A DNA stretch of 64,000 nt from Sporopachydermia quercuum (taxonomy: Eukaryota): contig BCGN01000003.1 in the NCBI GenBank assembly GCA_001599295.1, forward strand, positions 1,054,001-1,118,000, read 5' to 3'. The notes under the pieces were generated by a model, which saw only the letters and a program-made list of their open reading frames with translations, searched no databases and was not told the DNA's origin. A program made the translations under genes and the position numbers. Every line of letters begins with the position of its first letter. Position 1 is the first letter of the stretch. This document shows positions 1 through 9,772 of the stretch, one piece after another.

Positions 1-82
1 GCAATGTTAATACATCTAGGCCTCTTGCTTAAAGTATCAATACAACATGAATATGCTACTTCCCATAATCAATTCTACTTAC

Positions 83-172
83 AAGTCTAGCAGGAGTCAA
101 GGTTCCGTCAACATCGAATAAAACCAATACCTTCTTTTCTCCCCTTTGATCAAATGGTAAAACTACACTCAT
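83..172 (-). CDS. SEC53: Phosphomannomutase, exon 1 only (gene runs off the left edge)
   Basis: ATG at 172 reads MSVVLPFDQRGEKKVLVLFDVDGTLTPARL (HAD DxDGT motif, PMM N-terminus). GTAAGT donor at 82-77; branch-like TATTAAC at 12-6; acceptor lies just outside the window. Confidence 0.92.
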
Positions 173-1319
173 TTTCCCTATTCTTTAGCTAATTGAACAA
201 TATATTATACCTCGTGGTAAATGTACTACTTCTTGACACGACTATTGTTTCCAACGCTTTAGCTAATATTACTAGCTTAATACAACCTGTAACAATCAAT
301 CTCTTTGTAAAGAATATAGCAGCCTGATACGACTAATAAACAGATTATACTATACTCTATTTACTACTTCAATTGGAGATATGTATAAACAAGCTGTACG
401 TGCTTTCATTCCCTCATACTTGTCATTTTGTTATTCTTGACCACGCGCGCAAAGTTCAGGACGGAAAACGCTTAAGTGTCAAACGCGTTTTTTTGTCCTT
501 GATTTTCCGGACAAACAGGAAAAAGCTTAGCGGACAGTTTACGGTATGCATGCGATCGAATATGGTCGTTTGTGTAGCATACATGATGTGTGTAAAGATA
601 TATTCGTTAAAGGAAAACACGNTTTATATATTAAATCCTGGTCTACTTTGTGTGAATAAAAGTTGTTTTGGAGCGATTAGGTGTTGTTCTGGTTATGCGT
701 TAGTGCTATGTCAGGTACGTTTTTCTATCAACGGTTGCGTTTCATGCATTCTTCTGCATTAATTGAAATCGTCCGAGACTTAAAAGTGAAAAATCAATGC
801 AGAGCAAGGCATTATTATAACGAACGAGAAATTTATGGGACGGCAGGAAAGGAAATTTAACAGTATATGTTCTTATGGTTATATATGTAGATATGGATGT
901 TACTTCGAATCTAATTGATAATAATGCAAATTGAAAAGTTGAAGACAATTCTCAATATGCATCAAATACCACTTGCAATTTGAAAAAGTANGGGGTAAGG
1001 GAGAAATGAGACATTCATTATTGCATAATACAACTCCAGGCAAAGAATCAGCAGGTCCACATTGTGAACTCGGCGATTGATACTTACGGAAAAGATATTA
1101 ACAGCTAAAGCCAGAGTATAAAAGATATTATTCAGCACNAGTAAGCTTTATTATACGTAGGCATCTCTCAATACTAGCCTTTATTATATATAAGTCCTAC
1201 ACTACAATCTTGAAATGCTTTGAAATTATTACATTAAAGAGCTTCCTTATCATATTAATACCTAGTAAACTATATAGTAATATAATTTATAATCCTGATA
1301 CAACCACCTGATTAACCGC

Positions 1320-1982
1320 TTAAGCAGAGAATTCGTAATCAGGGAAAGCCTTCAAGTTTTCTTCAAGAGGACCCTTCTTGGTCAAGAACTTAACGAAAGC
1401 ACCGTCATCCTTGACTTCACCAGCGTTTCTCTTTTCAATGTATTGCTCACGGTCGAGATTGGTGAAACCCCATTTCTTGGAGATAATAATCTTTTGTTGA
1501 CCAGGGAACTTATATCTGGATCTTCTTAAAGCTTCAATACAAACATCTTTGTTGGCATCCTTGGTACGGACAGACATGATGATTTGGCCAATGTTGACAC
1601 GAGCAGCAAGACCTTGAGGCTTACCGAAGGCACCTCTCATACCTTGTTGCAATCTATCAGCACCGGCACATGACAACATCTTGTTGATACGCAAAACGTG
1701 GAAAGGATGAACTCTGATTCTTAAATGGAAAGAATCTCTTCCGGAAATCTTGGTGATGTACTTGTTAGCACAGATACGAGCAGCTTCAAGAGCTTCAGAA
1801 GAAAGTTGTTCCAACTCGTTAGAAACCAAGTGGATACATAAGGGGAAATCGTCGACAGAGGCCTTCTTTCTACCTAAATCATAGATTCTAATCTTGGGGT
1901 CTGGGACACCACGATTGTATCTAGACTTGGGGTAGGGCTTGTTCTTACAGTATCTGTAGCATCTAGCGGGACGTCTGGCCAT
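1320..1982 (-). CDS. RPL10: 60S ribosomal protein L10 (uL16), 220 aa
   Basis: [28 protein letters not shown]... is the Rpl10 N-terminus. The real ATG is at 1982, not the TTG at 2006 used by the track. Confidence 0.98.
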   Translation of the reverse strand: MARRPARCYRYCKNKPYPKSRYNRGVPDPKIRIYDLGRKKASVDDFPLCIHLVSNELEQLSSEALEAARICANKYITKISGRDSFHLRIRVHPFHVLRINKMLSCAGADRLQQGMRGAFGKPQGLAARVNIGQIIMSVRTKDANKDVCIEALRRSRYKFPGQQKIIISKKWGFTNLDREQYIEKRNAGEVKDDGAFVKFLTKKGPLEENLKAFPDYEFSA

Positions 1983-1993
1983 TTTTGATAAAC

Positions 1994-2381
1994 CTGCAGT
2001 AGACAAAGGTTAGAATATGAAAACCAATCTGATAAAATTAAACAGCTCTGTAGCGATGTTGTTAAGTTACNATGTTATTTAGATTGTCACCAGAGATTGT
2101 CAAATGGCGAAGTACAATTTATCTATCAACAGGTTACATCCACCAAATTATAATCAAAAAGAACAATAAGAATACTGAGGTCGTAATCTTTAATTCAATA
2201 AATATCAGCGCCACTAAAAAAACTGAAGCTTCTTCCTGTCTTTTGTGACCATATCCCCCTGCTTACTAACAAACTATCACCTCGCACTCAATATCGTCTG
2301 GTCACTTGCTTCTACAACCTATTTCTAAACCATTGCAACTGTAACGACATACTGACCACCGCTCAAATAATTCACACATAC
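1994..2381 (-). other. 5'-UTR spliceosomal intron of RPL10
   Basis: GTATGT donors at 2381 and 2352, branch TTCTAAC at 2015-2009, CAG acceptor at 1996-1994, 11 nt before the ATG. Confidence 0.75.
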
Positions 2382-2956
2382 TTTTCTTAAATAACTATCT
2401 AGTTGGACGAAATCGTAACTAAATTAAACAACCTCNACCTTCCCTCACGTTAGCATTGCTATAGTATATTGTTCAAGTATATCTCAAAGTATGTGCGCAT
2501 CTATAGTGTAAACCTGTCTGAGGAGGCGCTCAGTCTGACAAAAGACTGCTTGGGTTTCGAATCAAGTTCTGATTGCTTTCAATTTTACACCTTGTGCAAT
2601 TCGTGACTGCGTTTTCATCATTCTAAATAAGAATAATCCAGCACTTAGCGTATATCACATCATATATTAGTCATCACCCTTTCGAGGGAGAGTCTGAAGA
2701 GAATTTCAGAGGGCTTTAAAAGATGAGGTAATCAGAAACATTTACTTCAGTATTTTATCACCACGTGATGGACCTTATAATAGAAAATTTTTTTATTAGG
2801 AAATAATAGAAAGCAAATAAATGTATCAATAGGTAAAAGAACCAACAATTTATAGATAGATAATTGAAACGTTTTAGAGATTGAGGTTTGTTTATTAGTT
2901 TCAGAGAGGGCGTGGTTAAACTGAAAAGTAATCTTACATTTTATCAATTAGGCAAG

Positions 2957-3376
2957 ATGGTTCAAAAGAAGATATACAAGACAAGAAGGTTCAAGAAGGA
3001 GGTAGATCAAATCTTCTATGAGGATTTGGCTAGCAAAGAAACCATAGATAAGCTAGAGCACCAAGCGACTGATGAAACCAAACCAGGATTAGGACAACAC
3101 TATTGTGTTCCATGTGCTAAATACTATGAGACAGCAACAGCTAAAGCCACCCATCTGAGAAGTAAAGTTCATAAGCGAAGACTCAAGAATCTACGCGAAG
3201 GCCCATATACAACTGAAGAAGCCAATGCTGCTGCTGGGTTGAATGTTTTGAAGTTCCTCCAAAAAAAAGAAGCTCAGAAACAAAAAATCGAGTCAGATAA
3301 AGATTTTACCGGAGAACCAGACAATACCGGTGTACCAAAGGAAGACCTTATGGAAGCCGAGCATATCACTCTCTAA
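2957..3376 (+). CDS. BUD20: C2H2 zinc-finger pre-60S export factor Bud20 (ZNF593)
   Basis: DETKPGLGQHYCVPCAKY...HLRSKVHKRR...PYT signature; first in-frame ATG is at 2957. Confidence 0.93.
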   Translation: MVQKKIYKTRRFKKEVDQIFYEDLASKETIDKLEHQATDETKPGLGQHYCVPCAKYYETATAKATHLRSKVHKRRLKNLREGPYTTEEANAAAGLNVLKFLQKKEAQKQKIESDKDFTGEPDNTGVPKEDLMEAEHITL

Positions 3377-3465
3377 TCAGAAATTCATTTCATACAATTT
3401 TGCATTCAATCAGGATCATTTTATATCCTTAACTAAGCCAATTCACTGAATTACAGAATATAACA

Positions 3466-4599
3466 TCAATTCTCAACGAACTCAGCGTGACCAGTCTTTC
3501 TTGCATGTGCTACAGCATTCTTTTCCCCTTTAAATAATGATCCACAGACACCACATTTGATACTGAAAGTTGACGTATCAGTGTAATATTTCTCTTCTTT
3601 CAGAGATTTAGACAATAATTTTCCAGCTTCTAATATCGATTCACCAAGTTGATCTTGGTCGAACACAGTTCTGAACGAACCATCCTTGGTTTCCAAAACA
3701 ATCGGATCATAATGAATACCTGAATAAGCTACCATGATAAACGTTGATTTTCCAGGGTTATAAATATCAACTCTACTGTTTGCTATATCAAAGCTGACAA
3801 TGGAAACATCAAAATTTTCTGACAGAATGTTTAGTTCAATTGCTCCACCCCAACTGGTATCTTTACGAATCCACGTTACATACTCGGATGGCTTTTTATC
3901 CAATGTAGCTTCATCATATTCATCAGGATGATTTAATATATAATCAGCAACAATTGATCTGAGTTCAACTGAACAGTCAAAGGGACCTAGGATATTGTTT
4001 CCTACTGCTCTGAATAGACACGAATTGTCATCTGGTACAATTTTCAAACGAATAGTTCCATAATTAGAACATATCACGCATGAGTGTCCATCTAGAGCTT
4101 TGGTTACCTTTAATTTCTGAGCAGGAGGTTTCGAATGTTGAGCCGAATCTTTGGAGGGAACTACGGAAGGCGTGACTGTAGTAGCTACTGATGTTGCTTT
4201 GGCAGTTTCTATGTGTTTTGATTCTTCTAAAGTCTCCGCATCAGTTTTCGATCCTCCTCCAGATTTTCCTGNTGTCTCGTTTGAAATTTCCTCCACTGCT
4301 TCAATCGATGGTTCTATTTCAGGCATCTCAGCGGTGAAGTCAACCTGCCGCAAATCAATACCTGTAGTATCTTTACTTTTTTCGATCGTCAGTTGCTCAC
4401 CTGATTTTACACCTATTGCTTGCAAAGCAGAAGTCTGATTATCGCTGGATATTATTTTTGGAGGAAAGCCAGCTTTAATTTTAATCAGCTCTAAGCTTGT
4501 GTCTGCATCATGAATNGCCTTCAATAAGTCTTTTATTGTGGCATCGTCCGATAGTGTGATTATATCAGCTTTTGAGGGTAAACGTAGTTTAAGTCTCAT
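3466..4599 (-). CDS. OTU1: Deubiquitinase Otu1 (UBX-like + OTU + C2H2)
   Basis: N-terminal GFPPK Ubl domain, OTU motifs PDDNSCLF / WGGAIEL / YSGIHYD, C-terminal CxxC...HARKTGH. Confidence 0.95.
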   Translation of the reverse strand: MRLKLRLPSKADIITLSDDATIKDLLKXIHDADTSLELIKIKAGFPPKIISSDNQTSALQAIGVKSGEQLTIEKSKDTTGIDLRQVDFTAEMPEIEPSIEAVEEISNETXGKSGGGSKTDAETLEESKHIETAKATSVATTVTPSVVPSKDSAQHSKPPAQKLKVTKALDGHSCVICSNYGTIRLKIVPDDNSCLFRAVGNNILGPFDCSVELRSIVADYILNHPDEYDEATLDKKPSEYVTWIRKDTSWGGAIELNILSENFDVSIVSFDIANSRVDIYNPGKSTFIMVAYSGIHYDPIVLETKDGSFRTVFDQDQLGESILEAGKLLSKSLKEEKYYTDTSTFSIKCGVCGSLFKGEKNAVAHARKTGHAEFVEN

Positions 4600-5684
4600 A
4601 ATGAATTTCTAAACCAAATGACGAAATCAACGAAAAGTTTCAAAAGTTTGTCAAGTGCAATTCCTAATGTAAACTGACCTCTCTCTTTTGTAGTTCGAGT
4701 ATTTATTTATGTCTTTGTATTTGCCTGACTGTGGTTCTTTTGTATCGTATCAACCCTTCCTTGTACCCAATGTCTCTCCTTCTGTTGTGATCTCATTCAG
4801 GGAAATAACCGGAATATTAAGTGAATCAAATTATTATGGATGTACAACCTCCATCTCATCTACCTTGTAAATAACAGATTAATAATCATTAATGCAACGC
4901 AGCAAGTGAAAATAGCTTGTATCCGTTCTCAAATCCTATTATCTAGCCATCTCTGCCTGTTTCTTGCCTTTGGTGAGGGACAAAGAGAAAAACATTAGTC
5001 ACATGATTCCAATATTCATCCTTGGATGAAATAACTGAATAATATGCATGAACATGCGGGTTAGTTTTAATTTTTAATCAGCATGCTGCGAACACACATC
5101 ATTATACATGTCAATACAGAAAATCTTTCCTCAGTTTCCTAATCGAGCCTTTTTTATTTACTTTTTTCTTCATTTAAAAATTTCGATATAACGCTTGGAC
5201 AAATTGTATTCTGGATCCATTACCGGACATACACTCTGATATCAACCAGAACTACCATTCCAGTATTACCTGTGATAGCGCATGAAAAATTGCTCAAAAA
5301 TAAAGGAAATCATCTCTGTTATTTTAAAATACTACTCATGTAACATAAACTATAGTTAGACTCATTTCAATTATTTATAAACCCTCAAAAAATCATAACC
5401 ATTCTCATCTCCCATATAACGGACATTTTCAGGAACACGCCTATCAAACCATGCCTCGCTCTTGTCCGATAGGCGATGACCTAGATACCACTCATACAAC
5501 ACCATAATTATAATACTCTTTCTGTCGTTCTACTTCTACATACTACACAGTGAATGAATAACTAGATGAGTAAATGAAGGTTTCAAGAAAAACTGTTCCA
5601 TAAACCAAATAAGCTCAGGAAGCTTTNCAAGTTTGAAATTCTGCTTGGATTCTTCTTCGTATCGGAAACTGTTTTGAACAACCT

Positions 5685-5708
5685 TTTCTTTCTTTCTTTC
5701 TTTCTTTC
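5685..5708 (+). repeat. (TTTC)6 microsatellite upstream of CYK3
   Basis: Read directly from the sequence. Confidence 0.85.
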
Positions 5709-5979
5709 TGTCGATATGAGTAGAGAAATGTTTTGAGTCTTTATATAGTTATGAGAATGACTATACGGTCAATCAGGTAAAAGATTATATAANGAGTTTA
5801 CTGAATTGAAAAATTGGACTTGTTGATTGGAATTGGTTTCAGAAATGAAGATTAGGTGGAACTGCAAGTAAAAGAATAAAAGAATACTCCGTAATCCATT
5901 AATAGAAAGGAGAGTCNACTAGCCCATACATTTAATACGTCAACCGACATAGCATCATTTACGGCCAACCTCTTTAATT

Positions 5980-8900
5980 ATGTCAGGGTTGACATCATCT
6001 AAACCAAGAAGAAGAAGAGAGATTCTTGTTAGAGCGAAATATTCATGGTCAGGAGAAAAGAAAGATGATCTTGGGTTTGTCGAAGGTGAATTGATTGAAG
6101 TACTGAGTCATGAGGGTGACTGGTGGTATGGCAGGCTTAAGAGAAACAAGATGACTGGAATATTTCCCTCTACTTATGTTACTGTCGTGAACAAGGAAAT
6201 AAAGCAGAAAGAAAGGAGTCTCAATAATAGCAATAATAGCTCTAGAATTGACCTGTTGAACCCCCAATCGTCTGCATCAATTTTAGCAGCAAATATTACT
6301 AGCGGGCATAGAAATGAGCCATCTTTTGAAATCCCAAGTAGAAGACCATCTTCTGATTTGAGATCTGGAAGAGGTTCTCCAATGAGATACGATACTGGTG
6401 TCACTTCTTTCAATGGTGATAGGTCATTTGACAGATCATTCGATAGATCGTTTGATAGGTCATTCGATAAATCATTTAGTATGTCATTAGAAGCAGAATC
6501 GTTTGTTCCAGAAGATAGGTCATTAGACGAAGACAGATCTTTCAATGGAGATTGGTCATTCAATACTAATAACAACCGATCTTTCAATGCAGAAAGATCA
6601 TATAATACAAGCTATAATCGAAGCTTTCATGAATTATTGAGTTCTTCTCCCCCACCTCCNCCACCCCCTAAACATAAAAGTTTATCCCAGTCTATGAGAA
6701 CTGATTTGTTTAGCGATGAGTTTTCTCATTCTGAAGACAACGTTCTAGTTAAAAAATTTCAGCAAATAAAACTATCTCCATCAACAGCAACACCATTGAA
6801 GCCTCATTCTCATTCCTACTCCTATTCATCTACAACATCTCCTCTTCCACATCCACATCCACATCCACATCCACATCCACCAGCATTAGCATCAGCATCG
6901 GCGTCAGCATTAGCATCAACTTCATCATTTGCATCATCATCAGCAGCATCGCCGGAATTTGCATCGTCTTCATNATCGTCGTCATCACCGGTGAGAAATA
7001 ATCCTTATAATGATACAATTGTTCCAGAAAATACCCCATCACCACATACATTGAAGAGTGATTACTTCACCAGACAATCAAATTCTCGCTCTCAGTCTCA
7101 TATCGACAACTTCTATGATGACCCAATCACTAGCANTACTAATAGAAGCTTTGCTTCTACTCGTAATTGTAACTTCTACAATCAGCTAGACGAGGGGTCA
7201 GCAAATAGACCTTATGAGACCGTCAAACAAGGATCCAGTACTTTATTCAGTAGCTCTAGGACGCTCGAGACAAACAGTAATCCTGTTTTGAAGCAGCAGA
7301 CATCTTCTTCCTATTTCAACAACTGGGACAATTTAAGNCAATCGACAAGCTCTACTACTAGTACTAGTGAGGGCAACAGTGAGTTTGGTTCTTCTGTAGA
7401 AAGTTTTGGCTACGAAGACGATAGTTTGAAAACCAGTCTTGACAGTCACGATGAACGTCANGGCACTAGAAAATCATTGACAGCTAAACAAACAGCAGAT
7501 TTGGTTGACCTGGCGTTTAGTGATGGCAAACAAAAGAAAAAGGGGCTCAGAAAATTCATTCCTGTGTTTAGTAGTAGTACCAGTAGTATTGAGCAAGCAA
7601 AAAAGCTAGATCAAATACTTGGCACAGATACTACTATTGACGATAACTATTACCCTGAGGGCCAATCTACCATCAAAGCAAAAGATATTTCTGATTCATG
7701 GATGGAATCAAGAGTCGATCTCTATAGGACCAACTCTCTAACCAAACGAGAGATACAACTACGCAGCCAGAAATTAATTGAGGAAACTGGAATTGAATAT
7801 CAAGAGCCCATGAGAATATGGGAAAACATTAAAGGTGATGATTCGATCAGGGGGCCCATTGGTGGTGATAATTTGTATCGAATAGACTATCATGATAATT
7901 ATTTCCAAGGCGTCGATGCCACGGTTAGAGACATGTGTGTTATAACTCCATTGACTACTCTAAGATCATTTGCAATAAGTNCTATTGGTGGAAGATTTGC
8001 TACCGACGTTGAGAGACTTAGAGCAATTTATGTCTTTCTATCCGAGAAACTAACAATTGATTGGCATAGTAGTTATTCTGAAAAATTAGGGAATATCCAC
8101 TACGAAAGGTATTTAGAACGTTCTTTTAAAAACCGGAAAGCAACATCCATTGAAATAGCTGGTTTGGTGAAATTCATGTGCGATTTATTGGACATTACTT
8201 GTGAAGTTATCACTGGCTGCTTGAAGAAAGTGGGAGAAGCTCACTGGGATGAAAGAGACCAAGGAAATTTGAAAGCCAACCACAGTTGGAATGCTGTGTT
8301 GTTAGATGGTGAATGGCGAATGTTAGATGCAGCATTGGCAAATAACTCGCATCCATTAAAAGATCCTCAGATGATGTGCGACGAAAATAAAGGTTTCTAT
8401 TTCCTTACNAGACCTTGCCATTTGATATTTTCACACTATCCTCAAAGGTCACCTCAACAACACATTGTCCCACCTTTGGATCCACTCAGAGTGCTATCTC
8501 TTCCTATTGTATACCTTGCATTTTTCAATCACGGACTGAGAATCAATGATTTCAACTTGTGTGTTACTACATTACACGACTACGAGATGTGTGAAGTCAA
8601 TATCAAAGTACCAAAGAATGTCGAACTTAACGCAGTAGTATTTACCAACGAAGGGGAAACCGTTTCTAATGCAAACGAACAAGCAAAAAGAAAGGCTCTC
8701 GCCCAAATTCTCCATGAAGGAAATGAAAGGATTTGTAGAGTGAAAGCTGTCCTACCATGTATGAAAGCATCTGGATACTTGGTGATATGTGCAGGGGAGA
8801 AAGATGAAACTAGTGGTAATGGTAATAAAATCAATTATCCACCAGTGTTGTCAATACCTTTACAACATACAGGAAAAGAACGGGATTTGACTTTCGTTGT

Positions 8901-9222
8901 TCGATATCCTTCAAACAGTTACCTTTCTCAAGATCTGTATATTCACCAACCTCAGTGTCAATTCCTTAACTATGGTCATCAGTATAACTTTACAGTGTCT
9001 CAAGTGCCAACAGACGGGACAGGATTAACATCAGCTAACCTTGAAATAAGATCACCATCAGATAAAAGGCATACGATGAAAGTAGTGAAATCCAAAAATT
9101 CGTACCGTCTATGGGAATATAAAGGAAAACTCAACGAAGTTGGCCGCTGGAGAGCGTTAGTATTGGCTGATAGAAGTTCTGGTTGGTGCATATTTGCCGA
9201 ATGGGTTTGTCAAAAGGCATGA
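5980..9222 (+). CDS. CYK3: Cytokinesis protein Cyk3 (SH3 + transglutaminase-like)
   Basis: N-terminal SH3 (AKYSWSGEKKDDLGF...WW...GIFPSTYV), long low-complexity linker, TGase-like NHSWNAV...WRMLD, Cyk3-type C-terminus WCIFAEW. Confidence 0.93.
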   Translation: MSGLTSSKPRRRREILVRAKYSWSGEKKDDLGFVEGELIEVLSHEGDWWYGRLKRNKMTGIFPSTYVTVVNKEIKQKERSLNNSNNSSRIDLLNPQSSASILAANITSGHRNEPSFEIPSRRPSSDLRSGRGSPMRYDTGVTSFNGDRSFDRSFDRSFDRSFDKSFSMSLEAESFVPEDRSLDEDRSFNGDWSFNTNNNRSFNAERSYNTSYNRSFHELLSSSPPPXPPPKHKSLSQSMRTDLFSDEFSHSEDNVLVKKFQQIKLSPSTATPLKPHSHSYSYSSTTSPLPHPHPHPHPHPPALASASASALASTSSFASSSAASPEFASSSXSSSSPVRNNPYNDTIVPENTPSPHTLKSDYFTRQSNSRSQSHIDNFYDDPITSXTNRSFASTRNCNFYNQLDEGSANRPYETVKQGSSTLFSSSRTLETNSNPVLKQQTSSSYFNNWDNLXQSTSSTTSTSEGNSEFGSSVESFGYEDDSLKTSLDSHDERXGTRKSLTAKQTADLVDLAFSDGKQKKKGLRKFIPVFSSSTSSIEQAKKLDQILGTDTTIDDNYYPEGQSTIKAKDISDSWMESRVDLYRTNSLTKREIQLRSQKLIEETGIEYQEPMRIWENIKGDDSIRGPIGGDNLYRIDYHDNYFQGVDATVRDMCVITPLTTLRSFAISXIGGRFATDVERLRAIYVFLSEKLTIDWHSSYSEKLGNIHYERYLERSFKNRKATSIEIAGLVKFMCDLLDITCEVITGCLKKVGEAHWDERDQGNLKANHSWNAVLLDGEWRMLDAALANNSHPLKDPQMMCDENKGFYFLXRPCHLIFSHYPQRSPQQHIVPPLDPLRVLSLPIVYLAFFNHGLRINDFNLCVTTLHDYEMCEVNIKVPKNVELNAVVFTNEGETVSNANEQAKRKALAQILHEGNERICRVKAVLPCMKASGYLVICAGEKDETSGNGNKINYPPVLSIPLQHTGKERDLTFVVRYPSNSYLSQDLYIHQPQCQFLNYGHQYNFTVSQVPTDGTGLTSANLEIRSPSDKRHTMKVVKSKNSYRLWEYKGKLNEVGRWRALVLADRSSGWCIFAEWVCQKA

Positions 9223-9772
9223 GTTGTGATGTTTTCTCAGTACTTACTACAGAGAAATTTAATTTTAATCAGTACTTAATTCCATTTTTATTGTATAAAC
9301 TTGATACTTAAATTACTGTTGAAACCTTCCATTATGGTGCGCGCTACTATATATGCATACATATGCATATACACGCGCTACAATCCAAATCAGGAAAACA
9401 ACATCTAATATCTCCCAAACACCCCCTTTTATGTTATTTCCCATTTAGGTAAANTGTTGTTCAACTCCAGGAAAGTTTTCTTCCTCTCTGTGCCTTTCGG
9501 TTTTCGCCTCAACACATCTATCAGGTTTGCCTTCTTTTCGCTCCTATTCCTATTTCTTACTGAAGGTTATACAGTATATTTAAGAAGGGATCNGGACTAT
9601 CGATAGAACTGTAATAGAGAAGGTAAGCCATTAGAGTGTATATGTATGTGTGAAAGATCAGTTTTGGACTATCTACTTACCATCCATTTTACATACCTAG
9701 AGCAAGCTTTCTTAGTTGATCGTTCTTCGATAGATAATTATTTCGACTTCATTATATACTAATACTATCATT

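Noticed and set aside
373..948. ORFs 373-762 (+) and 742-948 (-)
   Set aside because: Non-ATG starts, no recognisable motif, and they lie in the SEC53 promoter / RPL10 3' region.
2886..2951. Possible BUD20 leader intron (GTTTGT...TCTTAC...TAG)
   Set aside because: Donor and branch are both weak, and no coding constraint tests it.
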